Positions 1-8,995 of a stretch of 64,000 nt of DNA are shown in pieces. Source of the DNA: Patescibacteria group bacterium (GTDB lineage: Bacteria; Patescibacteriota; UBA1384; JBBRAU01). Location of the stretch: the NCBI GenBank assembly GCA_038206475.1, contig JBBRAU010000003.1:13852-77851 (forward strand), written 5' to 3'. How positions within the stretch are numbered: position 1 is the stretch's first letter; every line of letters begins with the position of its first letter. Both the position numbers and the translations under genes were made by a program. The notes beneath the pieces are model-generated. The model was not told where the DNA came from. It saw only the letters and a list, made by a program, of their open reading frames with translations, and searched no databases.

Positions 1-1
1 T

Positions 2-907
2 GTTGGCACCAAAGCTCATGGCACCATGACTATCAGTAACGGTTGGTCATCTGACCCGCAGCCGTTGACGCAAGGTACCCGCTTTGTGGCTGACTCTGGC
101 CAGGTCTTTCGAACGACGACAGACGTGACGGTACCAGGCGCCGTGCTTAGCTTAAGTAACGGCCAAGTACAAACCACGCCAGGCAAGGCCACCGTGCCGG
201 TTGAGGCTGATCAGCCAGGCGACAGCTACAACATTCCGGCTGGCCATTTCACCATTCCTGGGTTGTCGGCGGACAAGCAAGCTAAAATTTATGGCACCAC
301 CAGCGCGGCGATGTCTGGCGGTACCTCCAAAACCATTACTGTCGTGACGGCTGATGATCTGAGCAAACTGACCGACGCCGCAACCGCGGCGGCCAAAGCG
401 CAATCGTTGGCTGATATTCATCAAAAGGCCGGCCAGGCGACAGTACTTGACGACGCCATCGTGACGACGGTGAGCAAAACCAATCCTTCGGCTAAAGCTA
501 ATGATGAAGCCTCAACCGTTAGCGTGACGGTGACGATTCAGGCCAAAGCGCTATCATACCTTGGTACTGATTTCCGCCAGTTAATGTCCGCCGCCGCTAA
601 TGCCAAAGTTGGCCAAGGTAAAACAGTGGTCTTGCCGGATGACATCAAGCCGGATATTAGCGTCACCAAGACGGATCTTGATCATGGCGAAATAACGTTG
701 GCCGCCAGCATAGCCGGCCAAAGCTACGCCGTTATTGACACTAAAACTATTCAAAAAGCGCTGGTTGGTAAACTACCGGCTGAAGCGACACATACGCTGG
801 CAGGCCAACCAGCTGACCACATTGATGTCAGCCTCAAGCCCGCTTGGGTCAAACGGCTGCCACGCCGAGCCGCCCAAATTACCGTCCGTATTTCGCCGTT
901 GCCATGA
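2..907 (+). CDS. Baseplate J/gp47-like domain protein (5' partial)
   Basis: Frame is open from the window start (VGTKAHGTMTISN). Motifs GTRFVADSGQVFRTT, VEADQPGDSYNIPAG and MSGGT are typical of baseplate J-like proteins common in CPR genomes. Confidence 0.65.
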   Translation, partial: VGTKAHGTMTISNGWSSDPQPLTQGTRFVADSGQVFRTTTDVTVPGAVLSLSNGQVQTTPGKATVPVEADQPGDSYNIPAGHFTIPGLSADKQAKIYGTTSAAMSGGTSKTITVVTADDLSKLTDAATAAAKAQSLADIHQKAGQATVLDDAIVTTVSKTNPSAKANDEASTVSVTVTIQAKALSYLGTDFRQLMSAAANAKVGQGKTVVLPDDIKPDISVTKTDLDHGEITLAASIAGQSYAVIDTKTIQKALVGKLPAEATHTLAGQPADHIDVSLKPAWVKRLPRRAAQITVRISPLP

Positions 908-1299
908 TTTTGGCGCTAGACCTTGGCCTCAGGCGAGTTGGTGTGGCCGGCTCTCGGAGCGGTCTGTTGGCTGAGCCGCTTGAAACGGTGACACTCAAGC
1001 GCGGCCAGCTCAGTGAAGAAACAGGCATAGCCGAGCTTTGCCAAGCCCTGTGGCGTTTGGCTGACGGCGAGACAATTGAGCTGTTAGTGATTGGTCTGCC
1101 AATGGCCGCCGATGGCCAGCCAAGCCCATTCGGCCGAGAGCTGGAGGCGTTTGGCCAGCAGGTTGCGGCCGAACTCAAGTCGCCAGCCGTTTTTGAGGAC
1201 GAGACCTTGTCAACCGCCTCAGGCGGCAGTGATGAGCAAGCAGCAGCCATTATTTTAGAGCAGTATTTGGCCTCGCAGCCTGAGCGCAGTAGACTGTGA
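904..1299 (+). CDS. ruvX: Holliday junction resolvase-like / pre-16S rRNA nuclease RuvX (YqgF)
   Basis: MILALDLGLRRVGVA, LVIGLP, DETLST and DEQAAAIILEQYL motifs; the ATG overlaps the upstream TGA. Confidence 0.9.
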   Translation: MILALDLGLRRVGVAGSRSGLLAEPLETVTLKRGQLSEETGIAELCQALWRLADGETIELLVIGLPMAADGQPSPFGRELEAFGQQVAAELKSPAVFEDETLSTASGGSDEQAAAIILEQYLASQPERSRL

Positions 1300-2057
1300 A
1301 AACCATTCTTCTGACCGTCTCAGCCATTATTTTGGCGACGCTCGTCTTGCTGTTTGGTCGCTACGTTGACCAACGTTTGCAAGCCAGTAAGCGAGTTTTC
1401 GCCCTACGGCCGGCCATCACTGTCACGCTGCGTGAAGGCTTAAACCGGCAAGAAATCGCTCGCAACCTGGCCGCGGCCGGCGTGGTTGACGCACCCAGTT
1501 TTTTGGCCGCCACATCCGCTGACGAAGGTTACTTATTCCCCGATACTTACCAATTTTATCCAAACAGCTCGGCCGGAGAAGTGCGACAGAAGTTAATTGG
1601 TACCTTCACCGAAAAATTAGCTGCCTTAAGTCCGACCCGCGATCAAATAATTTTAGCTTCAATTGTTGAACGGGAAGCGAAGGGAGATGCCGACCGTGGC
1701 CAAATTGCCGGCGTTTATCATAACCGTCTGAAGCGTGGCATGAAGCTGGAGGCTGACCCGACCGTGCAGTACGGTAAGTATACAGAGTTGGTCAAGGCGC
1801 CAAGCGTGGCAGGTGGACTCGACTACTGGGCGCCGATTACGCTGGCTGACTACCAAACGGTTGTCTCGCCGTTTAATACCTATTTGCACACCGGTCTGCC
1901 TCCGACCCCTATTTGCAACCCCGGTCTCAAGTCACTGGCCGCCGCCGTTAGCCCCGCCACCACCTCGGCGCTTTACTTCTTCCACACCAAAGACGGCACC
2001 GCTATTTTCTCCAGCACGCTCAAAGAGCACGATGCGCAGTTGCGCCAGTATCGGTAA
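1296..2057 (+). CDS. mltG: Endolytic transglycosylase MltG
   Basis: N-terminal TM; EGYLFPDTY, ILASIVEREA, LEADPTVQY and SPFNTYLHTGLPPTPICNPG motifs. Confidence 0.95.
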   Translation: MKTILLTVSAIILATLVLLFGRYVDQRLQASKRVFALRPAITVTLREGLNRQEIARNLAAAGVVDAPSFLAATSADEGYLFPDTYQFYPNSSAGEVRQKLIGTFTEKLAALSPTRDQIILASIVEREAKGDADRGQIAGVYHNRLKRGMKLEADPTVQYGKYTELVKAPSVAGGLDYWAPITLADYQTVVSPFNTYLHTGLPPTPICNPGLKSLAAAVSPATTSALYFFHTKDGTAIFSSTLKEHDAQLRQYR

Positions 2058-2115
2058 TTGATAAGCTGCCCGATACCCTTCCGACGGGCCTCACTTTGCT
2101 GTAGGCTGAGTGCGC

Positions 2116-3210
2116 ATGAAACTACCGCTGCTCTCCGTTTTTACCCACGACGTTGGGATTGATTTAGGCACGGCCAATACGTTGGTCTATGTTCGTGGCC
2201 ACGGCATCATCATTAATGAACCATCAGTCGTGGCGGTTGACCAGCGCACCCGGGCCATTTTAGCTATCGGTGAAGAAGCCAAGCGCATGGTTGGCCGGAC
2301 GCCGTCGCACATTGTCGCCGTGCGGCCGCTAACTGAAGGCGTGGTCTCTAATTTTGAAGTAACTGAGCAGATGTTGCGCTATTTTTTGGATAAGTTACAC
2401 CGCGGCGCCTTCAAGCCCCTGCACCGGCCGCGGGTAGTCATTGGCATCCCGTACGGCGTGACTGAGGTTGAGCGGCGGGCAGCTGAAGAGGCGGCTCAAA
2501 ACGCCGGTGCCCGCGAAGTCTATTTAATTGAGGAGCCAATGGCCGCCGCTATCGGTGCCGGTCTGGAAGTCCAGGAGGCCAAAGGTGTGATGATTGTTGA
2601 CATTGGCGGCGGCACGACCGAGGTGGCGGTCATTAGTTTGGGCGGCATCGTCGCCAGTCGCTCGCTGCGCGTGGCCGGTGATAAATTAAATCAAGATATT
2701 ATCACCTACGCTCGCGAGCGTTTTAATTTACTACTCGGGGAGCGGACAGCCGAAGAGTTAAAAACTAGCATTGGTACCGCCACTGCTGGTCTGCCGGTCG
2801 AGGCGGTGGGTCGCAGTGTTGTGCCTAACTATGACGTGCTCTCCATGCCGATGCGCGGTCGTGATTTGGTAACCGGACTGCCAAAAGAGATTATTGTCAC
2901 CAGTGAACATTTGTCTGAGGCGATGCAGAAATCAATTAATGTCATTGTCGAGCAGGTCAAAGCTACCGTCGAAGAGACGCCGCCGGAGCTGATTGCCGAT
3001 ATCATGGACTCGGGTATTGTCCTGGCCGGCGGTGGAGCGCTGCTGCGCGGTCTGGATCAGCGTATTGCCGAAGTCACTCAGATGCCGGTCCGGATTGCCG
3101 AAGATCCGCTGACGACGGTTGTGCGCGGCACCGGCTTGGTGTTGGAAGACTTGGACCGGCTGCGTGAGGTGCTGCTGCCGCGAACATTGGGCCGAGCTGA
3201 ATTTTCTTAA
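2116..3210 (+). CDS. mreB: Rod shape-determining protein MreB
   Basis: GIDLGTANT, IEEPMAAAIGAGL, IVDIGGGTT and GIVLAGGGALL motifs; the start could also be GTG 2110. Confidence 0.97.
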   Translation: MKLPLLSVFTHDVGIDLGTANTLVYVRGHGIIINEPSVVAVDQRTRAILAIGEEAKRMVGRTPSHIVAVRPLTEGVVSNFEVTEQMLRYFLDKLHRGAFKPLHRPRVVIGIPYGVTEVERRAAEEAAQNAGAREVYLIEEPMAAAIGAGLEVQEAKGVMIVDIGGGTTEVAVISLGGIVASRSLRVAGDKLNQDIITYARERFNLLLGERTAEELKTSIGTATAGLPVEAVGRSVVPNYDVLSMPMRGRDLVTGLPKEIIVTSEHLSEAMQKSINVIVEQVKATVEETPPELIADIMDSGIVLAGGGALLRGLDQRIAEVTQMPVRIAEDPLTTVVRGTGLVLEDLDRLREVLLPRTLGRAEFS

Positions 3211-3213
3211 CCT

Positions 3214-3999
3214 ATGCGAGCTCCTCGCCTTGGTTTGTTCATCCTGATTATTTTCTTGGTTGGCTTGGGGCTGGCCGCACTCGGCGTCGTCGGCCGGCTG
3301 CGCCGCGGCAGCGGGCAGGTTACACGGCTGACAGTGAGTCTGCTCAGGCCTCTCATCGCTTGGCCGGCCGGGGTGCCACATGCGCTGCTTGAGCTGCACT
3401 CATTGCAGGCAGAGCGCGACCAGCTAGCCACTGAACTAGTTCGACTGTCAGTCGAAAACACCGCCCTGAAAGAGAAAAATGTGACAATGGCCGCTCAGGC
3501 GGCTGCCGCCAGTGTCCAGTTTAGCGATCCGGTGGTATTTAGGCTTGGCGCCCGTGTGGTGGGCCGAGAACCGGATCCACTTATACAGGAGCTGAAGCTC
3601 GATCGCGGGTCAGCTGACGGCATCAAGGTGGGCCAGGCAGTGCTGACCGCCGGTGTTATCGTCGCGCGGATACGCGATGTGCTGCCGCATGAGTCAACCG
3701 CGCTCGTACTGGGCTCGCATTTATCGGTGTTGCAGGTACGCCATGAAACTTCGCGCCAGACAGCCCTTGTTCGGGGAGACGTTGCTGGCTTAGAGCTGCA
3801 GAGCTTCCCACTTGAGACCACATTAAACAGCGGCGACCGCATTGTCACCAGCGGCCTAGACGGCATCGTGCCCGGTGGCATCTTAGTCGGCACGGTTGAT
3901 CGGGTATTGTCTAACCAATCGAGCTTTTTGCAAACCGCCAAGCTGAATCAAGCTATCTCTGCCCGCCAGGTGGAGCTGGTTGAGGTAGTTGGCCGGTGA
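3214..3999 (+). CDS. mreC: Rod shape-determining protein MreC
   Basis: TM plus coiled coil; LDRGSADGI and IVTSGLDGIVPGGILVGTV; follows mreB. Confidence 0.92.
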   Translation: MRAPRLGLFILIIFLVGLGLAALGVVGRLRRGSGQVTRLTVSLLRPLIAWPAGVPHALLELHSLQAERDQLATELVRLSVENTALKEKNVTMAAQAAAASVQFSDPVVFRLGARVVGREPDPLIQELKLDRGSADGIKVGQAVLTAGVIVARIRDVLPHESTALVLGSHLSVLQVRHETSRQTALVRGDVAGLELQSFPLETTLNSGDRIVTSGLDGIVPGGILVGTVDRVLSNQSSFLQTAKLNQAISARQVELVEVVGR

Positions 4000-4487
4000 A
4001 GTACGTTTTTTGGCTGCTGCTGTATATTTTCGGTTTTTGGCTGCTGGCAGCCTGGCCGCTGTTGCTTGGCGGTGATGTGTGGTTGCCGAGTTGGCCAGGG
4101 GTGGTACTGCTCTTATGCCTGCTTTCGCTGCCGCGGCGGGTTTGGCTGGTGGTAATTTTAACCGCTGGCCTCTTTAGCGAGCTGTTCGTCAGTACGCCGT
4201 TTGGCTGGCAGCTCTTGGCTACCTGGTTGCTCGGCGGTACCTTGTGGCTGCTGCAGCCTCCAGCTGATCGGCCGAGCATCTTAATGCGGCACCTTTTGGC
4301 TTGCCTGGCGGCCACAGTGGTCTATGAGACAGTGAGCCATCTCTGGCTGGGCCGGCAGCTGCCTCTGCTTGCTGTACCACTCCTGTTGTCTTGTCTGCTC
4401 TCGACCGGACTGTTGCTTGGTATTGAATGGGCTCGCGGTAGCCTTGATGAGCGGTCACACCGGCGATTAAAATTGCGTTTAACATGA
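3996..4487 (+). CDS. mreD: Putative MreD (divergent membrane protein)
   Basis: Hydrophobic 163 aa protein between mreC and mrdA; GLFSELF..TPFG resembles the MreD motif. Confidence 0.6.
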   Translation: MKYVFWLLLYIFGFWLLAAWPLLLGGDVWLPSWPGVVLLLCLLSLPRRVWLVVILTAGLFSELFVSTPFGWQLLATWLLGGTLWLLQPPADRPSILMRHLLACLAATVVYETVSHLWLGRQLPLLAVPLLLSCLLSTGLLLGIEWARGSLDERSHRRLKLRLT

Positions 4488-4506
4488 CAAGTACGAGTGC
4501 CGCGCA

Positions 4507-6417
4507 GTGAGCTCTATTTTTGGTCATTTCTATGACGGTTTGCCTGGTGACCAGTCGCTTCGGCAGGCTGAAAACCGCGAAGGTGACGAGTACGAACATC
4601 CGCTTGGCCGTCACCCGGGCCGCCGCGTTGCTGAAGCCGAGACGGTACGTCGTAGCTATCCGTGGTTGGCACTCCTGCTGCTCTTGTGTTTGGGACGGTT
4701 AATGGTTAGCTTAGTCCACCTGCAGCTGCAGGAGGCCGGTCAAGGAGTGGCCGAAGCCACTGCCAACCGGGCCAGGCCAATTCCGATTCTGCCGCGGCGG
4801 GGTGTTTTTTTGGACAGCGACGGCAAACCGCTACTCACCAATAAACCAAGCTTTTCTCTGGCTGTCACAACCGCTGATTTCCCGATTAAGGCAGCTGACC
4901 GGGCCGCCCGTTACCAGCAAATTGAGCAACTGGCCGGGCTGCCGGGGGATACCTTTGTCGACCTGGAGAAGCGCTGGGTATTCAGCCTGGAGCCGCGCAT
5001 CATTAAGGACAATGTTGATCGCGACGAAGCGTTGTTGCTTTCGGAAAAATTAAGCCAGGTGCCTGGCGTGCAAGTAGTGGTTAGCTCAGAGCGTCAGTAC
5101 GATAGCCTGCCCGGCCTGTCGCATATTCTCGGTTATGTTGGCCGCTTGTCGGCGGCTGAAGAGGCCAGCCATCCAGGTTATCAAACTGACGAAGTGATCG
5201 GCAAAACCGGCCTTGAGCGGCAGTACGAGTCAGCTGTTCGTGGCCAAAATGGCGAAGAGGAGGTTGAAATTAACGCCCGCGGCCAAATTCAGCGGGTGAT
5301 CGGCTCCACCAACCCGGTGGCGGGCGATAATGTTCAGCTCTACCTTGATCGCGGATTGCAAACAGAGTTAACGAATGCGCTGCGTACCGCCATACAGAAC
5401 TCTGGCGCCAAAGCGGCGGTCGGTATTGCTCTTGACCCAAACACGGGTGGCATTTTAGCCTCGGTCAGTTTGCCGGATTACGACGCTAACTTATTCTCGG
5501 GGGGCATCTCAAGTGCAGACTACGCTAAATTGACCAATGACCCAACTACGCCGCTCCTGAACCGCGTCCTGCTCGGCCAGTATCCCTCGGGCTCGACGAT
5601 TAAGCCATTCATTGGTGCAGCGGCTTTGGCTGAGCATGTCATCCCGGTTGATAAACGCATTCAAACGCCAGAGATAATTCAAGTCGGCCAATCGGTTTTC
5701 CGCGATTGGAAGGCTCACGGGTCAGCTGATTTGCGCCAAGCCATTGCTGAATCCAATAATGTTTACTTTTATTCAATCGGCGGCGGCTGGAACGGTATTC
5801 CCGGCCTTGGCATTGACCGTATCGCCGACTACTTGAAGCGCTTCGGTTTTGGCGGTGACACCAAGGTAGACTGGCCCGGGGAGGCGCCGGGCAATATCCC
5901 AACTCCGGCTGGGAAGAAGCAACAAAAAGGCGAGAGCTGGTACATTGGTGACACCTACAACACGGCCATTGGCCAAGGGGACCTGTTGGTAACGCCGCTA
6001 CAGATGGCGCGCGGTATTGCCACGATCGCTAACGGCGGTAAGCTAATTGAGCCGCGCTTTGCCAAAGCCCTAACTACACCAGGCGGCAAAACGCAACCAA
6101 TCGAACCCCGGGTGGATAATCCGCAAGTCGTGCCGGCTGACGTCATCCAAATTATTCAGGAGGCCATGCGCCAAACAGTCACCAGCGGCACGGCCCGACC
6201 GCTGCAACAAGTGGGGGTGCCGGTAGCAGCCAAAACCGGAACCGCTCAGTTTACGGCGGTTGATAAAGACAAATCGCACGCATGGACGGTGGCCTATGCT
6301 CCGGCCGACCATCCGCAAATAGTGCTGGTTGTGGTCATCGAGGGCGGTGGCGAATCGTTTGACGTGGCCGTTCCGGTCGTTAAGGACGTCCTTAGTTGGA
6401 AATGGCCGCCGTCTTGA
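4507..6417 (+). CDS. mrdA: Penicillin-binding protein 2
   Basis: PRRG, GKTGLERQYE, SxxK (GSTIKP), SxN (SNN) and KTGTAQ motifs. Confidence 0.95.
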   Translation: MSSIFGHFYDGLPGDQSLRQAENREGDEYEHPLGRHPGRRVAEAETVRRSYPWLALLLLLCLGRLMVSLVHLQLQEAGQGVAEATANRARPIPILPRRGVFLDSDGKPLLTNKPSFSLAVTTADFPIKAADRAARYQQIEQLAGLPGDTFVDLEKRWVFSLEPRIIKDNVDRDEALLLSEKLSQVPGVQVVVSSERQYDSLPGLSHILGYVGRLSAAEEASHPGYQTDEVIGKTGLERQYESAVRGQNGEEEVEINARGQIQRVIGSTNPVAGDNVQLYLDRGLQTELTNALRTAIQNSGAKAAVGIALDPNTGGILASVSLPDYDANLFSGGISSADYAKLTNDPTTPLLNRVLLGQYPSGSTIKPFIGAAALAEHVIPVDKRIQTPEIIQVGQSVFRDWKAHGSADLRQAIAESNNVYFYSIGGGWNGIPGLGIDRIADYLKRFGFGGDTKVDWPGEAPGNIPTPAGKKQQKGESWYIGDTYNTAIGQGDLLVTPLQMARGIATIANGGKLIEPRFAKALTTPGGKTQPIEPRVDNPQVVPADVIQIIQEAMRQTVTSGTARPLQQVGVPVAAKTGTAQFTAVDKDKSHAWTVAYAPADHPQIVLVVVIEGGGESFDVAVPVVKDVLSWKWPPS

Positions 6418-6443
6418 CACTAAGCCGCCCGGCCCGGTATAAT
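6414..6443 (+). promoter_or_regulatory. Consensus sigma70 promoter of greA
   Basis: TTGACA (6414-6419), 18 bp, TATAAT (6438-6443). Confidence 0.8.
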
Positions 6444-6559
6444 TTGAGCGAATTTTGGCGACCGCTTCACGCTATCTCGCAACCATTTGGTCGGGGAGCG
6501 TCGTTGGTCGCATTTCTTTCGCAAGCGATGCTTCAGGCCTGGCCTGGAGAAAGGATAGT

Positions 6560-7015
6560 ATGGCCAAACCGGTCTACCTGACTGCTCTCGGTTTAGAAAA
6601 ATTAACCGCTGAGCTGGCACACCTAAAGCAACAGCAGAAACAGGCTGCCGACCGTATTCGCGATGCGCGCGCATTCGGTGACCTCTCTGAAAATGCCGAG
6701 TACGAAGATGCTCGCAATCAGCAGGCTTTCATCGAGGGACGCATTCAAGAGCTAGAAGAGAAGATGAAGCATGCCCAGGTCATCGCCGGCACTGCCGGTG
6801 GCGTCGTGGCACTTGGTTCAACCATCGCCGTTGATATGGGCCGCGGTAGTCAGGAGTACACCTTAGTTGGGCCAACCGAGGCCGATCCGGCCGCTGGCCG
6901 TATCTCCAGTGAGTCACCAATTGGTCAGGCACTGCTGTCTAGCAAAGCCGGCGAGACGGTCACAGCGGAAACGCCCGGCGGTCAGCTGGCTATTAAAGTG
7001 CTATCCGTCAGCTAA
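6560..7015 (+). CDS. greA: Transcription elongation factor GreA
   Basis: YLTALGLEKL, GDLSENAEY and ISSESPIGQALL motifs; SD-like AAGGA before ATG 6560. Confidence 0.95.
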   Translation: MAKPVYLTALGLEKLTAELAHLKQQQKQAADRIRDARAFGDLSENAEYEDARNQQAFIEGRIQELEEKMKHAQVIAGTAGGVVALGSTIAVDMGRGSQEYTLVGPTEADPAAGRISSESPIGQALLSSKAGETVTAETPGGQLAIKVLSVS

Positions 7016-7021
7016 TACCAT

Positions 7022-7084
7022 AAAAAACCCGCGATGCAGTGCACCGCGGGAAGAGAGAGACCCGGCCGAGTGCCGGGTTTTTTT
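7022..7084. terminator. Tandem hairpins, probable bidirectional terminator
   Basis: A-tract-cccgcg...cgcggg then acccggc...gccgggt-T-tract, between convergent genes. Confidence 0.7.
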
Positions 7085-7085
7085 G

Positions 7086-7478
7086 CTATAGGCGGAGCGT
7101 TTTGGGGAAGAAGAGCTCGAGAAGTTTCTTGGCCGGCCAGTTCGGCAGGTTGGCTCTGAGGTCTCTGCATATTTCTATCATGCCAGTTGCCAGGTCTTCC
7201 GGACCGATGCTGTGGGTGGCGGCTAAGGCCACGATACGTCTAGCATTCTGCTCTCCCGTCATCTCCAGGACATCGGCTGGCCAATCAGGAGTGACTGACC
7301 ACTCCGGGCTGTTCAAGAAACGGAGGAAGGCGTCGGGATGTGCTGGTGGCCGACGAGGATCATACAGTTCATAGAGCACCCCTGACACGGCTGCATTCCA
7401 GACACCGATGAGGTCCAAAGCTAGCCGTCGCTCGGTACTGAGTGGCAATGTCCTGCGCCGAAGCACTGAGTGAGCCAT
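7086..7478 (-). CDS. Hypothetical orphan protein (130 aa)
   Basis: SD GGGAGAG before ATG; TGn-TACACT -10 upstream; fills the greA-lysS gap and ends at the terminator. Confidence 0.6.
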   Translation of the reverse strand: MAHSVLRRRTLPLSTERRLALDLIGVWNAAVSGVLYELYDPRRPPAHPDAFLRFLNSPEWSVTPDWPADVLEMTGEQNARRIVALAATHSIGPEDLATGMIEICRDLRANLPNWPAKKLLELFFPKTLRL

Positions 7479-7570
7479 TTGTCTCTCCCAAGTAGAAAAA
7501 AAGAGCAAATTACGTTAGGGTACGAGTGTAGCAAAGAAGCAATGAAACGAGAAGGAATCGTTGACAACGC

Positions 7571-8995
7571 ATGCCTAACCAAGAAGCCGCCCCGCCTACA
7601 AATTCGGCGGGCAACTCCGGCGCTTATCACGAAATTCGAGCCGCCCGGCTCGCCAAGCATGACGCCTGGCGCAAGCTTGGCATAGAGCCGTATCCGGCCA
7701 GCAGCCGTCGAACCCACACTCTGGCCGAGGCCCGAGCATTGCCACTTGATAGCACTGGCCAAAGCGAGCAGGTGATCACCGTGGCGGGCCGAATTGTCGC
7801 CGAGCGGGTTCAGGGGGGCTTAGGCTTCTTTGATCTGACTGATGGCGGTGGCCGCTTGCAACTTTTGGTGAAAAAGGATGATGTTGCTCCTGAGCAGTTT
7901 GAGCAATTGTCTTTGTTAGACCTCGGTGACTTCATAGAAGCAAGTGGCACATTGATGACCACCAAGCGCGGTGAGCTGACCGTGGCGGTCAGCAACTGGC
8001 GGCTACTCAGTAAGTCGCTCTCTCCGCTGCCGGATAAATGGCATGGCTTGCAAGACGAAGAGCTGCAGTTTCGCGATCGCCCCAGTTTTTTCATTGCCAA
8101 CCCCGAGGAAAAAAGAATTTTTGCCGAGCGGGCCAAGGCCACAGCTGCCATCCGCCATTTTCTTGATGAACGTAACTTCCTCGAGGTCGAGACGCCAATT
8201 CTACAAAATATTCCTGGCGGTGCCTCAGCCAAGCCATTTGTGACGCATTACAATGCCTATGACACGGATGTTTTTCTGCGCATTGCACCGGAGTTGTACT
8301 TAAAGCGGCTGCTGGTGGCCGGTTTTGACCGGGTCTATGAAATTGGCCCCTGTTTTCGCAACGAAGGTGTCGACGCCACACACAACCCTGAGTACACCGA
8401 ATTTGAGTTCTACGCTGCTTATATGGATGAAGAGCAGCTGATGCAGCTAACCGAAGAGCTCATGATTTCCATCGCTACGGTGGTCAAGGGCAAACCTGAG
8501 CTAACGCGTGGCGGCCAAACTGTTAAACTAGAACGGCCCTTTGCCCGTGTCAGTTTTGCTGAGCTAACAGGAGGGGAAAATTCAGATACTGCTTTCAAGC
8601 AAGCCGCCAAAAACCTCATTGAACCTACATTCGTGACCAACCACCCAACTGAGATGATTCCACTAGCTAAGCGCGCCGAAGACGGTCAAACCGTGCGCAG
8701 TTTTCAGCTGATTATTGCCGGTATTGAATTAGTTAAAGCCTTTGCCGAGCTGAACGACCCAGTTGATCAACGCGCCCGTTTCTTGGAGCAGGAGAACGCT
8801 CGCTCTGGCGGCGACGAAGAGGCGCAGAGGTTGGATGAAGATTTTGTTCGCGCTTTAGAGTTAGGGATGCCGCCGGCAGCCGGTTTTGGTATGGGCATTG
8901 AGCGACTGATGCTGCTACTCTCGGGCAAGCACGCCATCCGTGACGTACTGCTGTTCCCGTACGTTCGGCCAAAAAACGAGAAAGAGGCAACATGA
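7571..8995 (+). CDS. lysS: Lysine--tRNA ligase (class II, compact)
   Basis: OB-fold N-terminus; LPDKWHGL, LRIAPELYLKRL, FRNEG..THNPE and GMPPAAGFGMGIERL motifs. Confidence 0.97.
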   Translation: MPNQEAAPPTNSAGNSGAYHEIRAARLAKHDAWRKLGIEPYPASSRRTHTLAEARALPLDSTGQSEQVITVAGRIVAERVQGGLGFFDLTDGGGRLQLLVKKDDVAPEQFEQLSLLDLGDFIEASGTLMTTKRGELTVAVSNWRLLSKSLSPLPDKWHGLQDEELQFRDRPSFFIANPEEKRIFAERAKATAAIRHFLDERNFLEVETPILQNIPGGASAKPFVTHYNAYDTDVFLRIAPELYLKRLLVAGFDRVYEIGPCFRNEGVDATHNPEYTEFEFYAAYMDEEQLMQLTEELMISIATVVKGKPELTRGGQTVKLERPFARVSFAELTGGENSDTAFKQAAKNLIEPTFVTNHPTEMIPLAKRAEDGQTVRSFQLIIAGIELVKAFAELNDPVDQRARFLEQENARSGGDEEAQRLDEDFVRALELGMPPAAGFGMGIERLMLLLSGKHAIRDVLLFPYVRPKNEKEAT

